From contig DATEHG010000069.1 of assembly GCA_035279705.1 (NCBI GenBank), positions 6,091 to 70,090 of the forward strand: a DNA stretch of 64,000 bases, in the 5' to 3' direction. Every line of letters begins with the position of its first letter. Positions within the stretch are counted from its first letter, which is position 1. Position numbers and translations under genes: made by a program. The notes beneath the pieces are model-generated. The model was given only the letters and a program-made list of their open reading frames with translations, was not told the origin of the DNA and made no database searches. Below are positions 43,457 to 51,995 of this stretch, one piece after another. This DNA comes from Gemmatimonadales bacterium (GTDB lineage: Bacteria; Gemmatimonadota; Gemmatimonadetes; Gemmatimonadales; GWC2-71-9).

Positions 43457-44575
43457 ATGATGGATCATTTCCTCAGCTCCGACGACTACGATGAACAAGC
43501 CCACCAGCTCTACAATGAAGGTCGCTACGACGAAGCCCTCGCTCTCCTGAAGGAGGGCGCCTCCCTCTACCCCAACGCGATCGAAATCCATGTCGGGATG
43601 GCGTATGCCTACCTGGCGCGGGAGGAATTCGCCTGGGCGCTGCGCAGCTTCGACCTCGCGCTGGGTCTGGACGATTGCCACGAGGACGCGCTCGCTGGAC
43701 AGGGTGAGGTGCTGCTCAAGCTCGGCCGCCAGGCGCCGGGACTGCAGGCCTTTCAGAAGGTCCTGACGCTCGGCTTCAAGGAGGACGCCGACCTGATGCT
43801 CCAGATCGGGCGGGCGCTGTTCCGGGAGGGCCTGCTGCACCACGCGCAGCGGTTCTTCGAGTATGCCGTGGCGGCGCGCCCCGACTCGCCGGACGCGGCC
43901 GCCTGCGTCGGCTACGCCGCGCACCGGCTGGGCGATGAGGGCACGGCGCTCTACTGGCTCCGGCGCGCGCTGGAGATCGATACCCAGTACAGCGAAGCCC
44001 GGATCTATCTCAGCAACATGCTGTACGACCGGGGCGAATCCGAGGCGGCGCTATTCCAGCTCGAGCGGACGGTTCCCGACGACCACTACGACGAGCTGGC
44101 GCTCTGGCGCTACATCGAGCTCAAGAAGTCGCTCTACCGCCTGCGGGACGACGATCCCGAGCTCACCCCCTGGCTGGCCCGACTGGGTGAGGTGGCCGGC
44201 GAGCCCGACACCGTGGACATGCTGCTCGCGGAGGTCGAGTCCCAGCAGCCCGACGGCAGCGTGCGGGACCCGAGACAGCTCGAGCTCTTCGGCACGCTGC
44301 TCACCGAACTCCAGGCGATGCAGAAGCGGCCGAATACCACCGAGCACCACCAGGTCGCGTCGCTCTCGGGCAAGCTGTTCCGGGGGACGTGGGACGAGAT
44401 TCTCGTGGAGATGAAGGCGGCGGACCGGGAATGGTCGGCGGCCTCCATGCAGGAGTACATGCTCGACCTGGCGCGGCGCGGCGCGACCGAAACCGGCGTG
44501 GTTATCCCCGTGACGGATGCCGAGGCCTTCATCCGGGGCAGTGCCGCTGCGGGAGTGGTGCGCATCATCCAGTAG
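43457..44575 (+). CDS. Tetratricopeptide (TPR) repeat protein
   Basis: 372 aa with several TPR-like units in the N-terminal 220 aa (…AHQLYNEGRYDEALALLKEGASLYPN…). Confidence 0.7.
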   Translation: MMDHFLSSDDYDEQAHQLYNEGRYDEALALLKEGASLYPNAIEIHVGMAYAYLAREEFAWALRSFDLALGLDDCHEDALAGQGEVLLKLGRQAPGLQAFQKVLTLGFKEDADLMLQIGRALFREGLLHHAQRFFEYAVAARPDSPDAAACVGYAAHRLGDEGTALYWLRRALEIDTQYSEARIYLSNMLYDRGESEAALFQLERTVPDDHYDELALWRYIELKKSLYRLRDDDPELTPWLARLGEVAGEPDTVDMLLAEVESQQPDGSVRDPRQLELFGTLLTELQAMQKRPNTTEHHQVASLSGKLFRGTWDEILVEMKAADREWSAASMQEYMLDLARRGATETGVVIPVTDAEAFIRGSAAAGVVRIIQ

Positions 44576-44675
44576 GCGCGTTGCCGCAGCATTCGCGGAG
44601 GGCGGGAGGCGGCTCTGGCCGGCTCCCGCCCTCCGTTCCCTTTTCCGGCCACCCGGTCCGCCTTACGCTTCAGCC

Positions 44676-47300
44676 ATGACTGCCGACAACCGACGGACCT
44701 GGACCGCTGGCGTCCACCGCGAAGTGCTGCCCAACGGCCTGACCCTGCTGATCCAGGAAGACGCCGAAGCGCCGGCCGTGGCGGTCGTGACGCACGTGAA
44801 AGCGGGTTTCTTCGATGAGCCTGACCGCTGGACGGGGATTTCCCACGTCCTCGAGCACATGTTCTTCAAGGGCACGCCCAGCCGTGGCGTGGGCGCCATC
44901 GCCAGGGAAACGAAGGCGGTCGGCGGCTACCTCAACGCCAGCACCAGCTACGACCAGACCAACTACTACACGGTACTTCCCGCCAGCGGCCTGGCCAGCG
45001 CGCTCGATATCCAGGCCGACGCACTCCGCAATTCCCTGATCGATGCCGATGAGCTTGCCCGGGAGCTTCAGGTCATCATCCAGGAAGCCAGGCGGAAGCT
45101 CGACACTCCGTCCGCCGTGACTCACGAGACCCTGCACGAGGTGATGTTCGACCACCACCGGATCCGTCGCTGGCGGATCGGCTACGAGAAAGACCTGGCC
45201 CGCCTCACCAGGGACGACCTCTGGCAATACTACCGATCACGCTATGTGCCGGAGCGGACGGTGGTCGCCATCGTCGGGGCGCTGGAGCCGGCGGCGGCGG
45301 CCGCCCTCGCTCGGCAGGCGTACGGCGGCTGGGCCCCCGCCCCCGGTGCCGTGGATCGTTCGCCCGCGGAACCACCTCGCACCGGGGTGAGGGCGCGCAC
45401 CCTGCGGGCCGACGTAGCCCAGGCCGAACTGGTGCTGGGCTGGCGCGGCGTTCCGCCTCTTCACCCGGCCGCGCCGGCGCTGGACATGGCGGCCGCCGTT
45501 CTCGCGACCGGCCGCGGCAGCCGTCTTTACCGCGCCCTGCGCGAACCCGGGCTGGCCACCTACGTCTACGCCCATCACTACAGCCCGACCGAACTCGGCG
45601 TGATGAGCCTGGGCGCCGAGCTTGCCCCCGAGAACACCGATTCCACGCTCGGTCTCATCGCGGAATCGATTACCGCGCTGGCCATGTCGGGCCCGACGCC
45701 GGCGGAACTCGAGCGGGCCCGAACCCTGGTTCTGGCGCGATGGGTCCGGGGCATCGAAACCACTGATGGAAAGGCGAGTGCGCTGGCGGCGGCGGAAGCG
45801 CTCGACGGGATCGAGGCGATGGATCGCGAGTACGCCGCCCTCGAGCAAGTCACGGGGGATGAGGTTCGGGAGGCAGTCTCCCGCTATCTGCGGCCGGAGG
45901 ACGTCTCCGCCGTCCTGACGCTGCCAGGCGATCGCGGCGTCCCGCTCACGCCGGAGCAGGTCGAACGGGCCTTTGCCGTGACCCGCCTGCAGCCGGCGCC
46001 CGACGTTGCGGTCCTGGCTTCGCCAACGATCCGCCCGATTCGAACTCCGGTCCGGAAGGAGGCCGGTGTCCTGCACGCCAGCCTCCCCGGGGTGGATCTC
46101 CTGGTGCGCCGCAAGGCGGGAATACCGACCGCGGCAGTGGGGCTGTACCTGCGGCGGACGCGATTCGACCCGCCGGAATCCGCCGGCATCGGGGCTCTGG
46201 TTGTCCGGAGTGCGCTGCGCGGTGTCGCCGGTGGTGATGCGAGTGAACTCGCCTTTGCCGTCGAGCAGCTGGGCGGCACGCTGTTGCCCGGTCTCGCGCT
46301 TGATTGGGTTGGATGGTCAACCTCGGTGCTGGCGCAGCATCTGCCGACGGCCGCGGCGATTCTCGCCCGTCTGCTGACCGAGCCGACGCTCGCCGACGGT
46401 TCCGTGGCGGCCGAGCGTGATCTCCTCGTTGAAGAGACCCGGCAGGCCGCAGACGACATGTTCCGCTACCCGTTCCAGCTCGCCTTCCGCGAGGCGTTCG
46501 GTCCCAGGGGATACGGCCTTCCGGCGCTCGGACTCCCGGATGGGCTCGCCAGCATTGCACCGGATGCCGCTCGCCGCTGGCATCGCGAGGCATTCCTCGG
46601 GCAGCGGGCCACCGTCCTCGTCGTGGGTGAGGTAGACCCGGAGGCGGCAATCGATACTCTGGCCGGAATCTTCGGTGGGATGCCCGCGGCGCCCCCGCAC
46701 GCCGGAGTGGCGCCAGAAACGTGGCTGCCCTTGGCGGGCGCGCGGGAGACCCGGCTCCAACGTCAGAAGGCTCAGTCGGCGTTTGCGATGGTGTTTCCGG
46801 GCCCGGCCCGCGGCGACGCCGAATACCCCGCCGCCGAGGTCTGGGCCGCCATCGCCAGCGGTCTGGGCGGCCGGCTCTTCGAGTCGCTGCGGGACAAGCG
46901 GTCCCTTGCCTACACTGTTATGGCACTGTCCTGGGCGCGCGGGCGAGCAGGCTCGCTGGCGACCTACATCGCGACCTCACCCGATCGAGAAGCCGAGGCG
47001 CGAGAGGCCATGCTCGTCGAGCTGGCCCGCTTTGCGTCGGAGCCCCCCGGCGAAACGGAGCTGCACCAGGCGGTGAATTACCTGGCCGGACAGGCTCAGG
47101 TCGATCGCCAGAGCAATCCGATGATCCTGGCGGAGCTGCTTGAGTCATGGATGATCGGCGGTGGATTGGCGGAGTTCGCCGATCCGGCGGCGCGGTTCCG
47201 TGCGGTCACTGCAGATCAGGTGATGAGGCTGGCAGCGAGGTGCTTGAACCCCAGCCGCAGGGCCGAGGGGGTCATCGAGGGAAGCGGTGGTGGGAGGTAG
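44676..47300 (+). CDS. M16 (pitrilysin) family zinc peptidase, two fused M16 units
   Basis: Internal ATG 44676 (MTADNRRTW…). Inverted zinc motif HVLEHMFFKG and a downstream E in the first unit. The second unit lacks the motif, which is the usual non-catalytic half. Confidence 0.85.
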   Translation: MTADNRRTWTAGVHREVLPNGLTLLIQEDAEAPAVAVVTHVKAGFFDEPDRWTGISHVLEHMFFKGTPSRGVGAIARETKAVGGYLNASTSYDQTNYYTVLPASGLASALDIQADALRNSLIDADELARELQVIIQEARRKLDTPSAVTHETLHEVMFDHHRIRRWRIGYEKDLARLTRDDLWQYYRSRYVPERTVVAIVGALEPAAAAALARQAYGGWAPAPGAVDRSPAEPPRTGVRARTLRADVAQAELVLGWRGVPPLHPAAPALDMAAAVLATGRGSRLYRALREPGLATYVYAHHYSPTELGVMSLGAELAPENTDSTLGLIAESITALAMSGPTPAELERARTLVLARWVRGIETTDGKASALAAAEALDGIEAMDREYAALEQVTGDEVREAVSRYLRPEDVSAVLTLPGDRGVPLTPEQVERAFAVTRLQPAPDVAVLASPTIRPIRTPVRKEAGVLHASLPGVDLLVRRKAGIPTAAVGLYLRRTRFDPPESAGIGALVVRSALRGVAGGDASELAFAVEQLGGTLLPGLALDWVGWSTSVLAQHLPTAAAILARLLTEPTLADGSVAAERDLLVEETRQAADDMFRYPFQLAFREAFGPRGYGLPALGLPDGLASIAPDAARRWHREAFLGQRATVLVVGEVDPEAAIDTLAGIFGGMPAAPPHAGVAPETWLPLAGARETRLQRQKAQSAFAMVFPGPARGDAEYPAAEVWAAIASGLGGRLFESLRDKRSLAYTVMALSWARGRAGSLATYIATSPDREAEAREAMLVELARFASEPPGETELHQAVNYLAGQAQVDRQSNPMILAELLESWMIGGGLAEFADPAARFRAVTADQVMRLAARCLNPSRRAEGVIEGSGGGR

Positions 47301-47375
47301 GACAAGGCCTTTGCGAGGGCGCGCTCACACCAGGCGAATGTGAGCGGCCGCTCGCCAAGGCCGTGCTGGGCCCGG

Positions 47376-47813
47376 TCAGCTGCTCGCCTTGAGACGTGCC
47401 GCCACCCGGTTCCGGAATGATTCCAGGGTTTGAGCTCCCATCTCGGTGTTCCGTGCCACCCACTCGGCATTGCGCATCGTGCGTGGCGAGGTCGCCTTCC
47501 GCAGGGCTTCCAGGTAGGGCTCCACTTTGGCAAAGAGCAGCAGGCCCTCGCCGTTGTTCTCGACGAGAAAGTCGCCGTTGATGATACCGTGGCGGGCCAT
47601 GCTGTAGACCATCTCCCAGTAGCCCGCCACCTGGCGCCAGGCGGTGTTGAGGGGGTGATCGCCCTTGAGCACGGCCAGCGCCTCTTCGGCCGACCGGGGC
47701 CAGAACTCGGCGCCCAGCTTCTTGCGGGCCTCGCGCATGACGCTCTCGCGGCGCAGGTCGTACAGCTTGATGATCAGATCGGCATCGAGGTGGTCGGGGC
47801 TTTCCTTCAGCAT
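47376..47813 (-). CDS. Hypothetical protein (145 aa, helical, no domain recognised)
   Basis: ORF with plausible composition, 17 nt downstream of the AdoMetDC-like gene on the same strand. Confidence 0.5.
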   Translation of the reverse strand: MLKESPDHLDADLIIKLYDLRRESVMREARKKLGAEFWPRSAEEALAVLKGDHPLNTAWRQVAGYWEMVYSMARHGIINGDFLVENNGEGLLLFAKVEPYLEALRKATSPRTMRNAEWVARNTEMGAQTLESFRNRVAARLKASS

Positions 47814-47830
47814 CGGGTCTCCGTGGTGGT

Positions 47831-48151
47831 TCAGGGTCGGGCGCCGAGACGGCGGGTCATGACTTCGATGCCGCGCTCGGGTGAGGAATTGCCGGGGAGG
47901 AGAATGTCGACCAGGCAGCGACCTGCGGCCGGGTCGGTGTGCAGCACCAGGTGCCCGCGATGGGCCAGCAGGACGACCGCGGTCCCCATGGGGCCTTCAC
48001 GGACGATGGGCGTGCCGTATGCCGCGAGCCCCAGTGCCGCACCCGCCGAGATCACCGCGGCGCTGAGGGCGGCGGTGTCGGTCAATCGGGCGGCGGGCAG
48101 GTCGGTCAGTTCGGTGAGAAGGTGGCCGGGTCCGGAGGGGGTGGAGCTCAT
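47831..48151 (-). CDS. S-adenosylmethionine decarboxylase-like (PF02675-type) protein lacking the self-processing Ser
   Basis: 106 aa. …GTAVVLLAHRGHLVLHTDPAAGRCLVDILLPG… aligns by eye to the family core …[28 protein letters not shown]…. The Glu-Ser cleavage/pyruvoyl site is replaced by Arg-Gly. Confidence 0.6.
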   Translation of the reverse strand: MSSTPSGPGHLLTELTDLPAARLTDTAALSAAVISAGAALGLAAYGTPIVREGPMGTAVVLLAHRGHLVLHTDPAAGRCLVDILLPGNSSPERGIEVMTRRLGARP

Positions 48152-48162
48152 CGCACCTGCGG

Positions 48163-48621
48163 TCAGAACATCGACATCGCGAGAAACGAACGGAGGTTGT
48201 CATTGGTGGTCCGAAGCCGGGCGGACAACAGGCGGACCATGGCCCAGAGCACCTTGTAGCCCAGTTCCCGGTTGAAGTCGAGCAGCATCTCGAAATCGGG
48301 ACGGGTTATGGTGAGGCACACCGCCGGATTGTTGACGACCGCGTCGGTGCTGCGCTCGGAGCGGTCGAAGACCGACATCTCGCCGAAGCAGGTCCCCGGC
48401 TTGAGCACGGCCAGCGCCTCCTCACCTGAACCGGGGATGTTGCGGCTGATGCGCACATCTCCCGAAACGATGATGTAGAAGCGGTTGCCCGGTTCGCCTT
48501 CCTTGAAGATCGTCTGCCCGCCCTTGAACGACTGCTCTTTGCAAATCTCGGCGACCTGGGCAAGTTCCTCGTCGTCGAGATCGGAAAAAATCGCGATGTT
48601 CTTGAGGAGAGCGAGATCCAT
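48163..48621 (-). CDS. Stand-alone cyclic-nucleotide-binding domain protein
   Basis: Internal ATG 48621 of ORF 48163..49170 (MDLALLKNIAIFSDLDDEEL…). cNMP-binding core: GEPGNRFYIIVSGDVRI…GTCFGEMSVFD…RSTDAV. Confidence 0.8.
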   Translation of the reverse strand: MDLALLKNIAIFSDLDDEELAQVAEICKEQSFKGGQTIFKEGEPGNRFYIIVSGDVRISRNIPGSGEEALAVLKPGTCFGEMSVFDRSERSTDAVVNNPAVCLTITRPDFEMLLDFNRELGYKVLWAMVRLLSARLRTTNDNLRSFLAMSMF

Positions 48622-48651
48622 ATCGGAGCCTCGGCGCGGGCCAGGAGCCTG

Positions 48652-49200
48652 ATGCCCGAAGGTAAGGCTGGCCCGGAACGCGAGCAAGCGCGGCCGGGTT
48701 TCTCGGTTGCCGATGCGCTGACCCTGATCCGCCTTCCGCTGGCCGCCGGGTTCGTGATCTTTCCGGAGACCGAAGTCCGGCTGGTGATCCTGGTGGTGGC
48801 CGGAGTCACCGATCTGCTCGACGGCTTCATCGCGCGGCGATTCGGCGGTTCGCGGCTGGGTGCTTTTCTCGATCCTGTCACTGACAAGCTTTTCATGGCG
48901 GCGGCCTTCGGAGTGGTCGCCTTTTCGGGCCGGCTGGCCTGGTACGAAATCGCCGGCGTACTGGCCCGGGATGCCGTCGCCACAATCGCGTTTGTCGTCA
49001 CGGCATTCTCGGGGCGGCCGAGCGCCATCCCCGCCCGTCTCGGCGGCAAGGCCGTTACCGTCTGCCAGATGCTCACCCTGCTCGCCTTTCTGGCGGAATC
49101 GCCATTCCTGCGGCAGCTGGCCTGGGCCACCGGCGCCATCGCCCTCTATGCCATCTGGGATTACAGCCATGCCGCCGCGCGAAGCCGGCGGCCGCTCTAG
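48652..49200 (+). CDS. CDP-alcohol phosphatidyltransferase family protein
   Basis: 182 aa with the signature D-x2-DG-x2-AR-x8-G-x3-D-x3-D, present as DLLDGFIARRFGGSRLGAFLDPVTD. Confidence 0.85.
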   Translation: MPEGKAGPEREQARPGFSVADALTLIRLPLAAGFVIFPETEVRLVILVVAGVTDLLDGFIARRFGGSRLGAFLDPVTDKLFMAAAFGVVAFSGRLAWYEIAGVLARDAVATIAFVVTAFSGRPSAIPARLGGKAVTVCQMLTLLAFLAESPFLRQLAWATGAIALYAIWDYSHAAARSRRPL

Positions 49201-49236
49201 TTTCCAGCCAGCCTCTTCCCCTCATTGGGGCGTTTG

Positions 49237-49674
49237 ATGAGCGACAACATCCGGCAGGTCAGTCTCTCCTGGCAGGGCGGGCTCCGGTTCCGCGGTGGCA
49301 AGCCCGGCGGCCCGACCGTAGACACGGACGGAGATGTGGTCACCGCGCCCGGCCCGATGCATCAGCTCCTGGTGGCCGTGGGAAGCTGCAGCGGGTCGGA
49401 CGTCGTGCTGATTCTCGAGAAGATGCGCGTCCAGCTCCGCAAGTTCGAAATGGAGGTCGAGGGGGTGCGTCGGACCGAGGATCCCAAGCGCTATACCTCG
49501 ATACATCTCCAGTACCGCCTTGCCGGTGAAGGTCTCGATGAGGCCAAGGCGCGCCGCGCGATCGATCTGTCCATCGAGCGCTACTGCTCGGTCATCCATT
49601 CACTCAATCCGGACATCCCGATCACCTATGGGCTCGTGATCGAACCTGTCCAGCCGGGAGTGCCGGCGTCCTGA
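49237..49674 (+). CDS. OsmC/Ohr family protein
   Basis: ATG 49237 (the track has TTG 49225). Typical paired Cys (…VGSCSGSD… and …RYCSVIHSL…) and typical size. Confidence 0.75.
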   Translation: MSDNIRQVSLSWQGGLRFRGGKPGGPTVDTDGDVVTAPGPMHQLLVAVGSCSGSDVVLILEKMRVQLRKFEMEVEGVRRTEDPKRYTSIHLQYRLAGEGLDEAKARRAIDLSIERYCSVIHSLNPDIPITYGLVIEPVQPGVPAS

Positions 49675-49676
49675 GT

Positions 49677-50138
49677 GTGACCCGGAGACTGGCCGCACTG
49701 GCGCTGGTCGCGGCCTGGCCGGCCCAAGCCCAGACCAGTCCTCCGAGATTCGAGGCCGGGCTCCAGGCGCTGGGGGTGCTGGCGGAGCCGGATTATGGCG
49801 GTGCGGGGCCTTGGCTTGCCTGGCGGCCGGCACCCTCGCTGCGACTGGGCCTGCTGGCTACCGCAGGCGCCTCGGCCGGCAGCACCGCCGGGCGGGTCGA
49901 GGGCACCGGTCACCTGCTGCTCGAACCAGGGCGGATGACGGGTGCCGGGGTCTATTTCCTGGCGGGCGTGGCGTGGAGGATCACTCACGAGGACCGGGCG
50001 TTTCTGCTGGCCGGAATCGGAGTCGAGTCGGCCCCCGGGCGTCGGAGCGGATGGGTGGTCGAACTGGGGGTGGGAGGCGGCTGGCGGGCGACTGCCGGTT
50101 ACCGGTGGCGCTGGGGGGGGCGGCCCCCTTCACGCTAA
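49677..50138 (+). CDS. Hypothetical secreted protein, possibly a small beta-barrel
   Basis: GTG start and signal peptide LAALALVAAWPAQAQ. Gly/aromatic-rich alternating pattern. Confidence 0.45.
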   Translation: MTRRLAALALVAAWPAQAQTSPPRFEAGLQALGVLAEPDYGGAGPWLAWRPAPSLRLGLLATAGASAGSTAGRVEGTGHLLLEPGRMTGAGVYFLAGVAWRITHEDRAFLLAGIGVESAPGRRSGWVVELGVGGGWRATAGYRWRWGGRPPSR

Positions 50139-50144
50139 ACAGAA

Positions 50145-50166
50145 GGGCCGCCCCGCAGGGCGGCCC
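50145..50166. terminator. Bidirectional terminator hairpin between convergent genes
   Basis: GGGCCGCCC-CGCA-GGGCGGCCC (perfect 9-bp stem). The plus side is followed by CCATTTCAT and the minus side by TTCTGTTTAG. Confidence 0.65.
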
Positions 50167-50191
50167 CCATTTCATCCGGTGCCGGTCCGAC

Positions 50192-50464
50192 TCAGTTGAC
50201 CGATGCGGCAGCGGGAGCGGAATTGCGCGCCACGACGGGCTGGCAGAATCGCTCACCCAACTGCCTCAACTGCTGGACCTGCTCCTCGGCGAGATCTTCG
50301 TACCGCTCGCCGATGTACTGCATGGTATCGTCAAACCATTCCTTCTGGTGCTCCGGCAAGGCTTCCAGCACCTGGCACCGGAGGATATGGCTGAAAAGTT
50401 CGTCTCGGGCCTGATCAAAGCTGCTGGTGGTAGCGGTTTCTCGACGTGTCTTCTTTTTCGACAT
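50192..50464 (-). CDS. Hypothetical small protein (90 aa)
   Basis: Internal ATG 50464 (MSKKKTRRETATTSSFDQARDELFSHILRCQVLEALPEHQKEW…). The composition is protein-like. Confidence 0.45.
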   Translation of the reverse strand: MSKKKTRRETATTSSFDQARDELFSHILRCQVLEALPEHQKEWFDDTMQYIGERYEDLAEEQVQQLRQLGERFCQPVVARNSAPAAASVN

Positions 50465-50606
50465 TCTGGGTGCCCCCTTCTGGGCCGTTGATTGCACAAA
50501 TATAGCTGACTTGCACCATTCGTTGCAAACCCGGTCCCCGCCGTATCCTCCCTCCATTACATTTGCCCTCCGGAGTGCCGGGGCTCGAACCCGGTCAGGA
50601 GGCGCC

Positions 50607-50912
50607 ATGAGCGATCACGATGAAGTCTATGGGCAGCGACGGCTCGAAAAGCTGCAGGAGATGCTGCGGTCACTGGCCGAGCGGATCCGCGAGCTGGACG
50701 GGCAGGACGCGCTGCTGAGCAATGTGCCGGAGCTGCAACGGCGGCTGGGTGACCTCCGTTCGGAGCTCTTTCACTACGAAGTGCGGGCGACCTACGACAC
50801 CCCGGAGGTCGCCGCTCACCGCCGGCTGATTGAAGAGGCGGAACAGAGCGATCCCTTCCTTTACGATGACCCCGAGGACGATCAGCCATGGCGGAGCAGA
50901 CCGGCGGACTGA
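50607..50912 (+). CDS. Hypothetical acidic coiled-coil protein (101 aa)
   Basis: Internal ATG 50607 (MSDHDEVYGQRRLEKLQEMLRSLAERIRELDG…). Confidence 0.45.
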   Translation: MSDHDEVYGQRRLEKLQEMLRSLAERIRELDGQDALLSNVPELQRRLGDLRSELFHYEVRATYDTPEVAAHRRLIEEAEQSDPFLYDDPEDDQPWRSRPAD

Positions 50913-51571
50913 AGCCTTTCTACACCCTGATTGCCGTGGTGGCCGTACTCGGCGTCGGGGTCCTCGGATGGCTGATGAGCCAGCAGAAGCACGTGAGCCT
51001 GCCGGTGGACGTCACCGTGCAGGTGGCCGACACCGCCGGTTTCCGCGGCTATCTCCTCGGCTCCGATTCCGCCAAGGTCGAGATCACGGAATACGCCGAC
51101 TATCAGTGCTCCCACTGCGGCCAGTTTGCCGTGGTGCAGTTTCCCGATGTGCGCGCCCGGCTGATTGCCACCGGCAAGCTCCGGTGGCGGTTCCGTGATT
51201 ACCCCCTGAATGGTCACCCGCTGTCGCGGCTGGCCGCGCACTCGGCGGCCTGCGCCAATGACCAGGGCAAGTTCTGGGAGCAGAACGCCGCCATCTTCGA
51301 CGGCCAGGGGAACTGGGCCGTGCAGTCGAGCGGCGCCGACGACGTCTTCCGCGACTACGCCAAGGCCAACGGTCTCGACCTCAAGGCCTACGACGCCTGC
51401 ATGACCTCCGCCAAGTACGCGGGCCGGATCCAGGCCGACTACGAATCGGGGAACCGGCTGGGCGTCAATGCCACGCCGACCTTCCTGATCGCCGGGCGGT
51501 TGTATCCCGGCGGCCTCGCCGCCGACGATATCAAGCACATGGTCGACTCTCTCTCCGCCGTCGCCCACTGA
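50888..51571 (+). CDS. DsbA-family thiol:disulfide oxidoreductase, membrane-anchored
   Basis: 227 aa with an N-terminal TM helix. Thioredoxin fold with active site CSHC (…EYADYQCSHCGQF…) and …GVNATPTFLI…. Confidence 0.85.
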   Translation: MAEQTGGLKPFYTLIAVVAVLGVGVLGWLMSQQKHVSLPVDVTVQVADTAGFRGYLLGSDSAKVEITEYADYQCSHCGQFAVVQFPDVRARLIATGKLRWRFRDYPLNGHPLSRLAAHSAACANDQGKFWEQNAAIFDGQGNWAVQSSGADDVFRDYAKANGLDLKAYDACMTSAKYAGRIQADYESGNRLGVNATPTFLIAGRLYPGGLAADDIKHMVDSLSAVAH

Positions 51572-51572
51572 C

Positions 51573-51995
51573 ATGAAATACCGGATGGCCAGCACCCTGC
51601 TCAGTCTGTGCGGGGTGCTGCTGGCGGCCTATCTCTACCTGTACAAGACCGGGCGGATCGGCACCCTGGCCTGCGGCACCGGCTCCTGCGAGGCGGTGCA
51701 GTTCAGTCCGTACGCGCAGGTGTTCGGCGTCGAAGTATCGCTGATCGGCTTACTCGGCTACCTGGTGCTCGTGGCCTGTTCCATCGGAGCGGTGCAGGCA
51801 GCTCCCGGCCAGCGGACCGCTCCGGTCCGGGCGCTCTTCGTCCTCTCGGGGCTGGGGGTAGCCTTCAGCCTCTATCTCACGGGCATCGAGCTGTTCGTGT
51901 TGCACGCGATCTGCCGCTGGTGCGTGGGCTCGGCCCTGATCATCACCCTGATCTTCCTCTGCGCCCTCCTGGACCGGCGGCGCACGGCTCGATGA
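51573..51995 (+). CDS. Vitamin K epoxide reductase (VKOR) family protein
   Basis: 140 aa with 4 TM segments, loop cysteines (LACGTGSC) and the CRWC active-site motif in the last helix. Confidence 0.85.
   Translation: MKYRMASTLLSLCGVLLAAYLYLYKTGRIGTLACGTGSCEAVQFSPYAQVFGVEVSLIGLLGYLVLVACSIGAVQAAPGQRTAPVRALFVLSGLGVAFSLYLTGIELFVLHAICRWCVGSALIITLIFLCALLDRRRTAR

Noticed and set aside
48163-49170. 335-aa version of the cNMP-binding ORF
   Set aside because: The N-terminal 183 aa is low-complexity and antisense to the CDP-alcohol phosphatidyltransferase gene. The cNMP-binding domain is complete from the internal ATG at 48621.
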